A DNA stretch of 64,000 bases from an uncultured bacterium (GTDB lineage Bacteria; Patescibacteriota; Minisyncoccia; UBA6257; 2-01-FULL-56-20): assembly GCA_963719425.1 (NCBI GenBank), contig OY970382.1, forward strand, positions 135,888 to 199,887, in the 5' to 3' direction. Of this stretch, positions 34,465 to 46,121 are shown piece by piece (the first letter of the stretch is position 1; every line of letters begins with the position of its first letter). The notes under the pieces are model-generated. The model did no database searches, was not told the DNA's origin, and worked only from the letters and a program-made list of their open reading frames with translations. Made by a program: the position numbers and the translations under genes.

Positions 34465-35486
34465 CGAGCTTGCGACCGATGCCCGCCGGTTAGGCGGGCG
34501 GCTTTGACCTGGCCGCAAAGGAAAAGAGAATAAAAGAATTGGAAGCCGAGATGGCCGACGAGGCGTTTTGGAAGAATCGCGCGGCGGCGGACGAAGCAAT
34601 CAAGGAACTTGGGACTTTGAACAATCTCGTCACGCAGTATCGCGACATTGAGAGCGGCATTGCGGCGCTTACGGCCGCGGCGGGGACGAAAAATTTTGAC
34701 GAAGGAAAATTTTACGAGCTCAAGCGGCAGTTCAAGGATTTTGAGCTGAAACAACTTTTCACCGGCCGCTATGATATGCAGGCGGCGGTGCTTTCGGTAT
34801 ATCCCGGCGCGGGCGGCGAGGACGCGGAGGACTGGGCGCGGATGCTCGGCGTCATGTACGAAAATTACGCGAAGCGGCGGGGATGGAAGCTGCGCGTGAT
34901 TGACGACAACATCCGCTCGCGCACGGTGGAGATCCGCGGCGACTATGCGTACGGTTATTTAAAAAAGGAATCCGGCGTGCACCGGCTTGTGCGCATCTCG
35001 CCGTTCTCGCCGAAGAAATTGCGGCACACTTCGTTCGCGCTTGTGGAAGTAATTCCGGATTTGCCGCCGCTTGAAGAATCAAAACTCCAGATCCCGGAAA
35101 AAGACCTCAAATTTGAGTTTTACCGCTCGGGCGGTCCCGGCGGGCAGAACGTGAACAAGGTGGAAACGGCCGTGCGCGTGGTGCACTTGCCAACCGGCTT
35201 GGCGGTGAGTTCTCAGGCGCAGCGCTCTCAGGCGCAGAACCGTGAGTATGCGCTCAAGCTCCTCAAAGCGAAACTTTTCAGCCTGATGGAGAAGGAAAAG
35301 GTGAGCGAGATCAGCGCGTTGCGCGTGAAAGTAAAACCGGAGTGGGGGAATCAGATCCGCTCGTACGTCCTTAATCCTTATCAATTGGTAAAAGACCACC
35401 GGACGGAGGCGGAAACCGCGAAGGTGGACAGCGTTTTGGCGGGCGACTTGGACCCGTTCATTGAAGCGGAACTTGAAATGTTGTAG
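34442..35486 (+). CDS. prfB: peptide chain release factor 2, requires programmed +1 frameshift at CTT TGA C (34502-34508)
   Basis: Frame 0 ATG 34442 encodes MREIQNLNELATDARRLGGRL then in-frame TGA. +1 frame continues DLAAKEKRIKELEAEMADEAFWKN... with SPF (VRISPFSPKK) and GGQ motifs. Confidence 0.85.
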
Positions 35487-35508
35487 AATATGAATTAACG
35501 CAGATTTC

Positions 35509-36192
35509 ATGATTGTTTTTCAAGGGGTTTCCAAGCATTACAACCACCACGCCACGGCGCTGGAGGAAGTGTCGTTCCAGATTGATCCGGGAGAATTCGT
35601 GTCGCTCGCGGGCAGATCGGGTGCGGGAAAGTCCACCGTCATCAAGCTTCTGATCGGCGAGGAAAAACCCACGAAGGGACGGATATTTTTCGGGCAGTAC
35701 GAAGTGAGCAAATTGGTGGATAAGGAACTGCCTGCCTTCCGGCGGCACATCGGCGTCGTGTTCCAGGATTTCCGGCTCCTCCCGACCAAAAACGCGTATG
35801 AAAACGTGGCATTCGCGCTTGAGGTGGCAGGGCGACCGCAGCGGGAAATTGCGGAACTCGTTCCACAGGTTTTGGACATGGTAGGATTAGGGGACAAGAT
35901 GCGGAATTTTCCGGGCGAGCTTTCGGGCGGCGAACGGCAGCGCGTGGCGATCGCGCGGGCGATGATCCATCGGCCGGAGGTCGTGATCGCCGACGAGCCG
36001 ACGGGAAACCTTGATCCGTTTCACACATTTGAAATCGTGAAGCTTTTGGAGAAGATCAACCAGCTAGGTACGACGGTCGTGCTTGCGACCCACGACAAGG
36101 AAGTGATCAATAGCCTGGAGAAGAGAGTGATCACACTGGATCGCGGACGGCTCATCCGCGACGAGCAAAAAGGAAAATATATCCTGGTATGA
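35509..36192 (+). CDS. ftsE: cell division ABC ATPase FtsE
   Basis: Walker A GRSGAGKST. Signature LSGGERQRVAIARA. Walker B VVIADEPTGNLD. Followed by ftsX. Confidence 0.8.
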   Translation: MIVFQGVSKHYNHHATALEEVSFQIDPGEFVSLAGRSGAGKSTVIKLLIGEEKPTKGRIFFGQYEVSKLVDKELPAFRRHIGVVFQDFRLLPTKNAYENVAFALEVAGRPQREIAELVPQVLDMVGLGDKMRNFPGELSGGERQRVAIARAMIHRPEVVIADEPTGNLDPFHTFEIVKLLEKINQLGTTVVLATHDKEVINSLEKRVITLDRGRLIRDEQKGKYILV

Positions 36193-36216
36193 AATTTCTA
36201 ATTTCTAATTTCTAAA

Positions 36217-37128
36217 ATGATAACGGTCATTTCGCGCATCTTCCAATTCGGGCTGAAGAACTTCCGGCGGAATGGGTGGCTTTCCATGGCGACGATGGCC
36301 ATCATGACGATTGCGCTTTTCGTATTCGGCTCGCTCATCATTTTCGGCGTGATCACCGACCGCGCCGCCGCCTCTATCCAAGACAAGATTGACATCAGCG
36401 TGTATTTCAATACAAACACATCCGAGGATCAGATTTTGAACATCCGACAGTCGCTTGAGGGATTGTCGGAGGTGCAGAGCGTGAATTATATTTCGCGCGA
36501 TCAGGCGCTCGCGATTTTCAAGCAAAACCATGCGAATGATGCGACGGTGAGCCAGGCGATCAACGAGCTTGATACGAATCCGCTTGAAGCGTCGCTCAAT
36601 ATCAAAGCGAAGGATCCGAGCCAGTATGCCGCAATCGCGCAATATTTGAGTTCGCCAGACATCACGCAGTATCTGGACGGCCAGCCGAGCTATTACAACA
36701 ACCAGACCGTGATTGACAGGCTCGCGAAGATCGTAAAAACAGTGGAGACCGGCGGATTTGTCGTCGCGCTGCTCCTTGCGCTCATCGCGGGGCTCGTGGC
36801 CTTCAATACGATCCGCCTCGCTATCTATTCCAACCGCGAGGAAATCGGCGTCATGCGCGTGGTGGGCGCTTCCAACGCCCTCGTGCGCGGGCCGTACGTG
36901 GTAGAGGGCGTGCTCTGCGGTGCAATCTCAACCGTCGTCAGCTTGATTCTGATCGCGCCCATGCTCTATTTCGTTTCGCCGTATCTTGATGTGTTCATCC
37001 CCGGCTTGAACATTTTTCAGTATTTCTATGTCCATCTCCTGCAATTTTTCCTCTATGAACTTCTCTTCGGCGTTGTGATTGGCGGACTTTCCAGCTTCAT
37101 TGCGGTCCGGCGGTATCTAAGAAATTGA
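36217..37128 (+). CDS. ftsX: cell division permease FtsX
   Basis: 303 aa. N-terminal TM, large periplasmic loop, three C-terminal TM helices. Downstream of ftsE. Confidence 0.75.
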   Translation: MITVISRIFQFGLKNFRRNGWLSMATMAIMTIALFVFGSLIIFGVITDRAAASIQDKIDISVYFNTNTSEDQILNIRQSLEGLSEVQSVNYISRDQALAIFKQNHANDATVSQAINELDTNPLEASLNIKAKDPSQYAAIAQYLSSPDITQYLDGQPSYYNNQTVIDRLAKIVKTVETGGFVVALLLALIAGLVAFNTIRLAIYSNREEIGVMRVVGASNALVRGPYVVEGVLCGAISTVVSLILIAPMLYFVSPYLDVFIPGLNIFQYFYVHLLQFFLYELLFGVVIGGLSSFIAVRRYLRN

Positions 37129-37153
37129 TTCAGCATTTCAATGGATAACGGAG

Positions 37154-37624
37154 ATGATCACCTGTACTTTTGAGAACGGGGATGCAAATTCATTGCGTCA
37201 TGCAGTGATTGACGCCCTTGTTCTCAAAGACGACAAGATTCTTCTTGTAAAACGCGCGCAAAAGTTCTTAGAAGGAGGCAAATGGGCGCTCGTTGGTGGA
37301 TACGTGGAGCGCGGTGAAACCATTCAAGAAGCGGTTGTGCGCGAGGTGTTTGAAGAAACTGGATATAAGGTTGTAGGCCTCGTTCTTCTGCGCATCGTTG
37401 ATAGTCCTAATCGTCCTGCGGAAGACAGACAGAACATCTCCTTCGTATATTACTGCACCGCGCTGGAGCAAGCTGGTGTCCCCGATGATGAAAACAGCGA
37501 GCTACGTTGGTTTTCCTTAAATGCACTGCCTCCCGAGGACAAAACGGCGTTTGATCATATGGAGAACATTCGCGCGTATCGCGAATATCTGAAGAGTCCT
37601 TTTGCGTTACCAAAGCTTGGTTGA
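37154..37624 (+). CDS. NUDIX hydrolase
   Basis: Nudix box GGYVERGETIQEAVVREVFEETG. Confidence 0.7.
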   Translation: MITCTFENGDANSLRHAVIDALVLKDDKILLVKRAQKFLEGGKWALVGGYVERGETIQEAVVREVFEETGYKVVGLVLLRIVDSPNRPAEDRQNISFVYYCTALEQAGVPDDENSELRWFSLNALPPEDKTAFDHMENIRAYREYLKSPFALPKLG

Positions 37625-37825
37625 GTTTGTAGGGTGGGACGGTTACATAAAGATTCTATGAAAAACTATGCGAAAGTTGGGAATCGGCCGGGGCGACCGG
37701 CATATCGGACGGCCGCGCGGTTCCGGTATCGGAAACAGGCAGCGGTGTTGAGAGCAAAAAGTGGTCGACGGGGCGCCAGATAATCCACTGGTAGGCGCGT
37801 CTTTTCTCTGTTATTATGTGGTTGT

Positions 37826-38587
37826 ATGCCGCAAATTTCCCTTCGCGCGGAAGAGATTTTTCGCATAGGGAGCTTCCCGGTGACAAACGCGGTCCTCTTG
37901 GCCGTGCTTGTTCTTGTGCTTTTGACCGTGGTAGCGGTCGCGTTGCGGCGCAAACTTTCTTTTGTTCCCGGCAATGCACAGGGCGTCATAGAGATCCTCA
38001 TTGAAGGCGCCCTCGGCCTCATGGGCTCTGTGCTCGGCAGCCGGAAAAAGGCGGAAAAATATCTGCCGCTTGTGTTTACGGTCTTCTTTTTCATTTTATG
38101 TTCAAACTGGCTCGGGCTTTTCCCTGGAGTGAGCTCCATCGTGGTCCGTCAGGGGAGCGAGTCGGTCCCGCTCCTGCGCTCGCCCGCGAGCGACCTTAAC
38201 TTTACGCTTGCCTTGGCGCTTATCGCGGTCACATTCGCGAACGCGTTCGGCGTCGCCGCAGTGGGACTAAAAGCGCGCCTTTCGGTTTTCTTCAATTTCA
38301 AGGGGCCCATAGACTTTTTCGTGGGCATCCTTGAACTTGTCTCAGAATTTGCTAAGATTATTTCGTTCTCATTCCGGCTCTTCGGGAACATTTTTGCGGG
38401 GGAAGTGCTTCTGGCCATCATGGCCTTTTTGGTACCGTACCTGGCGCCCCTGCCATTCATGTTTCTAGAGATTTTCGTCGGGTTTATCCAGGCGTTCATC
38501 TTCGGGATGCTTACCCTCGTGTTCGTCGCCATAGCGGTCTCGCACGGCGAAGATTTTGACGAACACGCAATTGAAAAGGTCGCATAA
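37826..38587 (+). CDS. atpB: F0F1 ATP synthase subunit a
   Basis: Multi-TM. Conserved R in RLFGNIFAGE. First gene of atp operon. Confidence 0.8.
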   Translation: MPQISLRAEEIFRIGSFPVTNAVLLAVLVLVLLTVVAVALRRKLSFVPGNAQGVIEILIEGALGLMGSVLGSRKKAEKYLPLVFTVFFFILCSNWLGLFPGVSSIVVRQGSESVPLLRSPASDLNFTLALALIAVTFANAFGVAAVGLKARLSVFFNFKGPIDFFVGILELVSEFAKIISFSFRLFGNIFAGEVLLAIMAFLVPYLAPLPFMFLEIFVGFIQAFIFGMLTLVFVAIAVSHGEDFDEHAIEKVA

Positions 38588-38610
38588 ACTTCATTCAAAA
38601 ACAATTACCC

Positions 38611-38841
38611 ATGGACGTTAACAGTATCCGGCTTATTGCCACGTTTGGCGCCATCGGCATGGGCACCATTGTGCCCGCGCTTGCGATCGGTTGGATTGGC
38701 GCGCGTGCAGTGGATGCGATCGGAAGGAATCCCGAAGCATCAACCAAGGTGCAAACGATGGCGATTTTGGCCATCGCGTTCGCGGAAGCCATCGCGATCT
38801 ATTCGCTTGTCATCGCGCTCATCATCAAGTTCGTTTCCTAA
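38611..38841 (+). CDS. atpE: F0F1 ATP synthase subunit c
   Basis: 76-aa hairpin proteolipid. GRNPE loop. Carboxylate in AFAEAIAIY helix. Confidence 0.8.
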   Translation: MDVNSIRLIATFGAIGMGTIVPALAIGWIGARAVDAIGRNPEASTKVQTMAILAIAFAEAIAIYSLVIALIIKFVS

Positions 38842-38875
38842 GCAACTAGTTTTCCGCAACCAGTAACCGGGTCTT

Positions 38876-39379
38876 ATGCAACAATTGTTTTCACAACTTG
38901 GCATTGACTGGCACCTCCTTTTAAGCCAGGTGGTCAATTTTTTCCTGCTCCTCGTGGTCTTGCGGATTTTCGTCTACAAGCCGCTGCTCACGCTTTTGCA
39001 TGACCGGCGAGCGAGGATTGAGGAAGGACTTACGAAGGCCGACGAGGCCGACCGGCGCCTCGCGGAAGTGGAGGAGATCGGCAAAGAGAGAATAAAAGAA
39101 GCCGAAGTGCAGGCAGTGGGCATTTTGAAGAAAACCGAGGCCGACGCGAAGGTGGTGGAAGCGAGGATGCTCGCCGAGGCGAAGCGCAAGGAGGCAGAAG
39201 CGATGCGTGACATGGGTGAACGCGTTCGGGCCAAGGAAGAAGACGCGAGAAAAGTAATGGACAAGGAAGCCGCGGCGCTCGTGCGGCGCGCCATCGCCAA
39301 AACCGTGGAAATGTCGCCGGAAAAAATTGATGATGCTTTGATTGCGAAAGCAGTAGAAGAAGCAAAACGACCCGCATGA
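38876..39379 (+). CDS. atpF: F0F1 ATP synthase subunit b
   Basis: N-terminal TM then long charged helix (EARIEEGLTKADEADRRLAE...). Confidence 0.75.
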   Translation: MQQLFSQLGIDWHLLLSQVVNFFLLLVVLRIFVYKPLLTLLHDRRARIEEGLTKADEADRRLAEVEEIGKERIKEAEVQAVGILKKTEADAKVVEARMLAEAKRKEAEAMRDMGERVRAKEEDARKVMDKEAAALVRRAIAKTVEMSPEKIDDALIAKAVEEAKRPA

Positions 39380-39762
39380 AGTACCCCGCCCACATTTATG
39401 CAAAGGCGCTTGCCGAAGTGATCGTGGCCGTGAAAGGAGGGAGTAACGCGGTGCAGGACGCGATTGTCAGGCGGTTCATCGCGCTTGTGCGGAAGAACGG
39501 CGACGAAGCGCATCTGCGGAAGCTTGTGGAAGAAGCGGCGCGGTTCGTGCGGGGAAAAAGCGGGGTGCGGAAAATGACGATAGAGACGGCGCGGTCGCTT
39601 CCCGCAGCGCAGAAACAAGCGCTCCAGGCGCTTACGAAGCCGGGTGACGTTATTGAGGAGAAGATAGATCCGGAGCTCGTGGCGGGAGTGAAGGTTTTGA
39701 TCAACGATGAACTTCAGTTTGACGGGTCGCTCAAGGGGAAGCTGGATAAGCTGTTCGGATAG
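39376..39762 (+). CDS. atpH: F0F1 ATP synthase subunit delta (short)
   Basis: Position between b and alpha. YAKALAEV start typical of delta. 128 aa. Confidence 0.65.
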   Translation: MKYPAHIYAKALAEVIVAVKGGSNAVQDAIVRRFIALVRKNGDEAHLRKLVEEAARFVRGKSGVRKMTIETARSLPAAQKQALQALTKPGDVIEEKIDPELVAGVKVLINDELQFDGSLKGKLDKLFG

Positions 39763-39778
39763 AAGTTAGAAATTTACC

Positions 39779-41305
39779 ATGTCGTACGAAATTATAGAAA
39801 AATTAAAACGGGAGATCGAAGGATACAAGGAGAAACCCGAGTGGCAGGAAGTCGGTCGCGTGATTGAGGTCGGGGACGGCATCGTGAAAATCCTTGGACT
39901 GCGGAATGCGGTGAGCCAGGAAATTTTAACCATTGAAACCACGCAGGGCGCTCGCGCGGCGCTCGCGCTCAACCTTGAGGAGGAATCCATCGGCGCCTTG
40001 GTGCTTGATGACTTTTTGGCGATTGAGGTCGGGGACACCGTGAAGCGCACCGGCCAGGTGCTCTCCGTTGAGGTAGGCGAGGAGCTTATCGGTCGCGTGG
40101 TGAATCCGTTGGGCGTGCCGCTTGACGGACGTGGACCAATTTTTAAAAACAACGCAAAGGCGCAGCGGAATCCGTTGGAAGCCCGCGCACCCTCGGTCTT
40201 GGAGCGAGAGTCGGTGAACGTACCGCTCCATACCGGCCTCAAGGCCATTGATTCCATGATCCCGATCGGCCGCGGCCAGCGCGAGCTTATCATCGGCGAC
40301 CGGCAGGTGGGGAAGACGGCGCTCGCACTGGATGCCATTTTAAATCAATTGAATGACAAAACGCGGCGCACGCCCACTTGTATCTATGTTGCCATCGGGC
40401 AGAAAGAATCCAAGATCGTGAGAGTTGCGGAAACGCTCAAGAAATTTGATGCATTGAAATACAGTATTATCGTTGCGGCGCCGGCATCGTCGCCTGCGGC
40501 GTTGTGGTACCTTGCGCCCTATGCCGGCTGCGCGATAGGGGAATATTTCCGCGACAAGGGCCAGGATGCGGTTGTGATTTACGACGATCTCTCAAAACAC
40601 GCGTGGGCCTACCGGCAGATTTCGCTCCTGCTCCGGCGCCCGCCGGGCCGCGAGGCATATCCGGGCGATATTTTCTATCTGCATTCGCGCCTGCTTGAAC
40701 GCGCCGCGAAACTTTCCAAAGAAAAAGGCGGGGGGTCGCTCACCGCGCTGCCAATCGTTGAAACGCAGCTTGGCGACGTGACGGCGTATATTCCTACCAA
40801 TATTATTTCCATCACGGATGGTCAGATCTATCTGGAATCGGACCTCTTTTACCAGGGCTTGCGGCCGGCGCTCAATGTCGGTATTTCCGTATCGCGCGTT
40901 GGTTCTACCGCACAGACGAAGGCGATGAAAAAGGTGGCCGGCAAATTACGCTTGGCCCATGCGCAATTCCGCGAACTCCAGGCATTCGTCCAGTTCGCGA
41001 CTGACGTGGACGAAGCGACGAAGAAGAAAATCGCGCAAGGGCAGAAGATCAACGAGGTTTTGAAGCAGGAAGACCTGGCGCCCGTGCCGTTTGAGAAGCA
41101 GGTGTGCGTCTTCTACGCGGTCCTCAATAATTATTTTGAGAGCGTTGCCGTGGAGGATATCAAAAAGACCGAAAGCGGTCTCTTGGACTATTTGGGAAAA
41201 CTTCACGAGAGCGACATTCTGAACCCGATTCGCGATACGGGCGATTTCTCCGAGGCGACGGAAGCGAAATTAAAAGAAGCCATCATGCGTTTCCTCACCA
41301 AATAA
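39779..41305 (+). CDS. atpA: F0F1 ATP synthase subunit alpha
   Basis: Walker A GDRQVGKT. Length 508 aa. Typical alpha sequence throughout. Confidence 0.9.
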   Translation: MSYEIIEKLKREIEGYKEKPEWQEVGRVIEVGDGIVKILGLRNAVSQEILTIETTQGARAALALNLEEESIGALVLDDFLAIEVGDTVKRTGQVLSVEVGEELIGRVVNPLGVPLDGRGPIFKNNAKAQRNPLEARAPSVLERESVNVPLHTGLKAIDSMIPIGRGQRELIIGDRQVGKTALALDAILNQLNDKTRRTPTCIYVAIGQKESKIVRVAETLKKFDALKYSIIVAAPASSPAALWYLAPYAGCAIGEYFRDKGQDAVVIYDDLSKHAWAYRQISLLLRRPPGREAYPGDIFYLHSRLLERAAKLSKEKGGGSLTALPIVETQLGDVTAYIPTNIISITDGQIYLESDLFYQGLRPALNVGISVSRVGSTAQTKAMKKVAGKLRLAHAQFRELQAFVQFATDVDEATKKKIAQGQKINEVLKQEDLAPVPFEKQVCVFYAVLNNYFESVAVEDIKKTESGLLDYLGKLHESDILNPIRDTGDFSEATEAKLKEAIMRFLTK

Positions 41306-42238
41306 ATGGAATCGGCACAGAACCTCAAACGACGCATAAAGAGCGTCCAGAATATCGGGCAGATCACGAAGGCGATGGAACTTGTGGCGGCCACAAAGAT
41401 GCGCCGCGCGCAGGAGCTCGCGCTCACGTCGCGGCCATACTCCTACACCGCGCTGGAACTTTTGGGTATCCTTTCCGAACTCAAGGATGTACCGATGCCG
41501 GAGCTTCTCGTTGCGCGGCCGGTCGCGCGCACCGTCTTTTTGATCGTCACTTCCGACAAAGGCCTCGCGGGCTCGTTCAACAGCGCCGTGATCAGAAGGT
41601 TCGAGCATTTTCTCCAATCGGAGCGTATTGACCCGCGCGATCCGAAGTATGCGTTCGTTGCGGTTGGCCAAAAAGCGAAGAGTTACCTTGAACGGCGGAA
41701 GCTCAACGTGGTTGCGACCTTCACGCGCGTGGGTGATTACACAAAGCGTGAAGAAGTGGAGCCCATTTCCAATTTTTTGATTGAGGGATTTTTGAAGCAC
41801 GATTTTGACAGCGTGGTTGTGTTCTTTACTACCTTTGTGACCGCGCTGCGGCAGGATGCCGTCGCGCGCGAGTTCTTGCCCATCGGGTACGAGGTAATCA
41901 AGCAATCCATTGAAGAGACCATTCCGCGCGCCGGGCGATATTCCCAATATGCGAGGTCGGAGTCGTTCTTTGAGGAAAAAGAGCGGGAATATCTTATTGA
42001 ACCCTCGCCGCGAGAGGTGCTCGCGGAACTTGCGCCGGAGCTGTTGAAAATTCGTATCTATCACGCGATTTTGGAGGCGAATGCCTCGGAGCATTCTGCG
42101 CGGCGTGTGGCAATGAAGAATGCTTCCGATAACGCCTCCGAACTTTCTGGAAACCTAAACATGGAATACAATAAATCGCGCCAGGCCGGCATCACGCGGG
42201 AGATCATTGAGGTCACGTCGGGCGCGCAGGCAGCATGA
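41306..42238 (+). CDS. atpG: F0F1 ATP synthase subunit gamma
   Basis: ITKAMELVAATKMRRAQE N-terminal helix. C-terminal helix. Between alpha and beta. Confidence 0.85.
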   Translation: MESAQNLKRRIKSVQNIGQITKAMELVAATKMRRAQELALTSRPYSYTALELLGILSELKDVPMPELLVARPVARTVFLIVTSDKGLAGSFNSAVIRRFEHFLQSERIDPRDPKYAFVAVGQKAKSYLERRKLNVVATFTRVGDYTKREEVEPISNFLIEGFLKHDFDSVVVFFTTFVTALRQDAVAREFLPIGYEVIKQSIEETIPRAGRYSQYARSESFFEEKEREYLIEPSPREVLAELAPELLKIRIYHAILEANASEHSARRVAMKNASDNASELSGNLNMEYNKSRQAGITREIIEVTSGAQAA

Positions 42239-42248
42239 AAATTTCTAA

Positions 42249-43640
<1,392 letters not shown>

Positions 43641-43653
43641 TTTCTAATGACGA

Positions 43654-43908
43654 ATGATTAACATGAAGATAGGCGTCTATTCATTGCAAAAAGTGTTGTT
43701 CCAGGGCGAGGCGTCTTTGGTGAATTGTCGCACGCGAATAGGGGAGATTACCATTCTGAACCACCACCGACCGCTCATCTCCGTGTTGAGCAAAGGAACG
43801 ATGAAAATCATTGATAATAACCAAAAAGAGCACTATATCCCCGTAAGCTCCGGTTTCTTGGAGGTTTGCTCGGGGAACGAAGCGAGATTTCTCGTTGAGG
43901 AGGCATGA
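43654..43908 (+). CDS. atpC: F0F1 ATP synthase subunit epsilon (N-terminal beta-sandwich only)
   Basis: 84 aa. Position after beta. Overlaps next gene by 4 nt. Confidence 0.65.
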   Translation: MINMKIGVYSLQKVLFQGEASLVNCRTRIGEITILNHHRPLISVLSKGTMKIIDNNQKEHYIPVSSGFLEVCSGNEARFLVEEA

Positions 43909-44315
43909 AGAAGATTTTTGATTTCCCATCACCGCAGGAGCACTATCGCAACACCGCGGCGTTTTTGTGGTGTTCGGACCAGCGGTTTGAGGAAGTGCGG
44001 CACGTGTTTGCAAAGGCGGGGAACCTTCATATGCCGGACCCCATTTTATTGCCGGGCGGAGTGAAGCCGCTCGTAACACCGAAAGAGCCGCGCGATCGGG
44101 AGTTTGTCTTTGAGCAGATCGAGGTGCTCATGGGGCACGGTTTTACAACGCTCTACGCCATGGCGCATATGAACTGCGCCGCATGTGACGGGAACACCAA
44201 CCGCGCCTTCTACGAAGATATGCTCAAAAAGGCGGGGAAGATCATTCGCAATCGCATTCCCGTCCTCAACATCCGTCTCGTTTTTGCCGATTTCGACGGC
44301 TTGTACGAAGTGTAA
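43905..44315 (+). CDS. hypothetical protein
   Basis: 136 aa, globular. HMNCAACDG motif. No recognisable family. Confidence 0.4.
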   Translation: MKKIFDFPSPQEHYRNTAAFLWCSDQRFEEVRHVFAKAGNLHMPDPILLPGGVKPLVTPKEPRDREFVFEQIEVLMGHGFTTLYAMAHMNCAACDGNTNRAFYEDMLKKAGKIIRNRIPVLNIRLVFADFDGLYEV

Positions 44316-44324
44316 GTTGCAGGT

Positions 44325-46115
44325 TTATACCACCTCCGCCTGATAGCACTGCTCGCAGTAGACGATTTCGGGGCGGTCGGGAGCGTAGGAAGTTTCAAAC
44401 TCGTTGGGACAAGGCTTACTACCGTGAAAATGAGGGGCGGTATTTGTGTAGCTGCCTACCTTCGCTCCAACGCATGCACACGTACGTTTATAAAGCTGCG
44501 GAACATTGCGCCAGCTGATACGCTCTACGTGGCGACAATTGAAACACAGCTTCGGCAATGGCAAATTCATTTGCCTATAGAACTGCAATTCTTGCTGCGT
44601 GATGCGGAAAACCGTAGGACAATTGGCTCCGCATTGGCGTCCGGCATGATCTCCGGTTTCGTCGTGCTGGCACTGGATTATCTCTTGGGTGATAGCATCA
44701 CCGGTTTCGGTGATAGTATCGGGCAGGGTGGAAGCGGCTTGGGTTGGTTCATATCTTCTTTTCTCGGGAACGCGCCACTTGAATCCCATGCGCTCAACCT
44801 GACTTCTCGGAAGTTGGAAATATTCATACGCTTGGGATTCGTTGAACCCGAAGGGGCTCATGTCGGGCGGGAAGAACTCGCCGTACTTGTATTTCCTGCC
44901 GAGCGCATCCACATAAGGCACCTCGTTCATATGCGCGATTATCTTTGGAATAAGTGATTCATATTCTTCTTTTGAGTACTGCTTATTGAGGACGCAGTAC
45001 TGCGCGTTGCGCAGTCCCACGCAACCGAACACATTCCGCGAGTTGCGGCACGTGACGGAATAGCGTATGTCACTCACCGTTTCGCAATCAAACGAAAAAT
45101 ATACTCCGCGCAGGCCTTGTCCGCAGCAGCTTATTTCATAGTTGCGTTCAATATCGACGCCCGAGGAGGTAACGTCTATGCAGTCCCGAATTGGGTTGTA
45201 GATGACGCTCTGGCAATGCGCGCAGTTTTGGACCTCATTCGTGAAAAAACAATTGCGCACCTCCGAGGAGTTGTATATATAGTCGCCGATGCAACCCTCA
45301 TCCTTTAGTCCGTGCCGAAAACGGAACGGAAACGAAAGCCAAACCCTCTCCGCCTCTCGTTGCATTCGTTCCAATCCCCGCCTTGAGTGCAGGTTAAATC
45401 CCGCCACTTTTTTTCGATAGTTTTCTTTCGAGTATGGTTGGTTAAAGATATAGTAGCTTTTGTTCCGCAAACCAGTGCACCCCACGCAGTCGCTGCACCC
45501 GACGCAATCCTGGCTGAACCATATTTCGCGGCAACCGGTGCAATTTCTGGAAAAGAAGATCCGGTAACAGTTCGTCGTGTTGATCACGTAATAGCAAAGT
45601 TCGCATAGTTTGCAATTGATGGTGTCAAAACATTGCCTGCTCTTTTGTAGGGAAACACCATATGCACTGTCTTCAGAAAACCCAGCGTCAAAGCAGAGAT
45701 ACGTATTTTTCATGTCCAGACCCATGCTGTAATCGCTGTTGACCTGGTTGCGGGACATGATGTAGGTGAAGGGCACGACGTTGAATAAATCCCGTATTTG
45801 ATCAAAAAACGGCCGCGTAAAATCATATTCCCGCGCGTATGCCCTGGGATCCCACGCGTCGCTCCACCAGTAGTCTCGCTCAAACGGGGGCATGGGCGCA
45901 TTAGGGGGCACCATGCTGAAAATTTTTTTACCAGTGCCAGCGCAAGTGCGTTCGTAGAGATAGCGGAAGTTACGAAAAGCCATCCGCCGCATGGCCCGGC
46001 ATCTCCAGCACCAGGTCGGTGGCGGCACGTTGAGGCTTTTATAGAATGTAAAATCCTCCGGCTCTATCGTGAATTGGTTTTTGCAATTCTGGCAAATTCT
46101 TGTTTCAGTATTCAT
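44325..46115 (-). CDS. large Cys-rich protein, paralog 2 (tandem pair)
   Basis: 596 aa. N-terminal CQNCKNQFTIEPEDFTFYKSLNVPPPTWCWRCR. Central DCVGCSDCVGCTGLRNKSYYIF. C-terminal ...SYAPDRPEIVYCEQCYQAEVV. Confidence 0.8.
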   Translation of the reverse strand: MNTETRICQNCKNQFTIEPEDFTFYKSLNVPPPTWCWRCRAMRRMAFRNFRYLYERTCAGTGKKIFSMVPPNAPMPPFERDYWWSDAWDPRAYAREYDFTRPFFDQIRDLFNVVPFTYIMSRNQVNSDYSMGLDMKNTYLCFDAGFSEDSAYGVSLQKSRQCFDTINCKLCELCYYVINTTNCYRIFFSRNCTGCREIWFSQDCVGCSDCVGCTGLRNKSYYIFNQPYSKENYRKKVAGFNLHSRRGLERMQREAERVWLSFPFRFRHGLKDEGCIGDYIYNSSEVRNCFFTNEVQNCAHCQSVIYNPIRDCIDVTSSGVDIERNYEISCCGQGLRGVYFSFDCETVSDIRYSVTCRNSRNVFGCVGLRNAQYCVLNKQYSKEEYESLIPKIIAHMNEVPYVDALGRKYKYGEFFPPDMSPFGFNESQAYEYFQLPRSQVERMGFKWRVPEKRRYEPTQAASTLPDTITETGDAITQEIIQCQHDETGDHAGRQCGANCPTVFRITQQELQFYRQMNLPLPKLCFNCRHVERISWRNVPQLYKRTCACVGAKVGSYTNTAPHFHGSKPCPNEFETSYAPDRPEIVYCEQCYQAEVV

Positions 46116-46121
46116 ATCACG

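Noticed and set aside
38974-40338. Minus-strand ORFs (38974..39618, 39030..39395, 39766..40338) antisense to atpF, atpH and atpA
   Set aside because: Antisense to highly conserved ATP synthase genes. Translations are low complexity.
41270-42094. 274-aa minus-strand ORF antisense to atpG
   Set aside because: Same reasoning. atpG is clearly recognisable on the plus strand.
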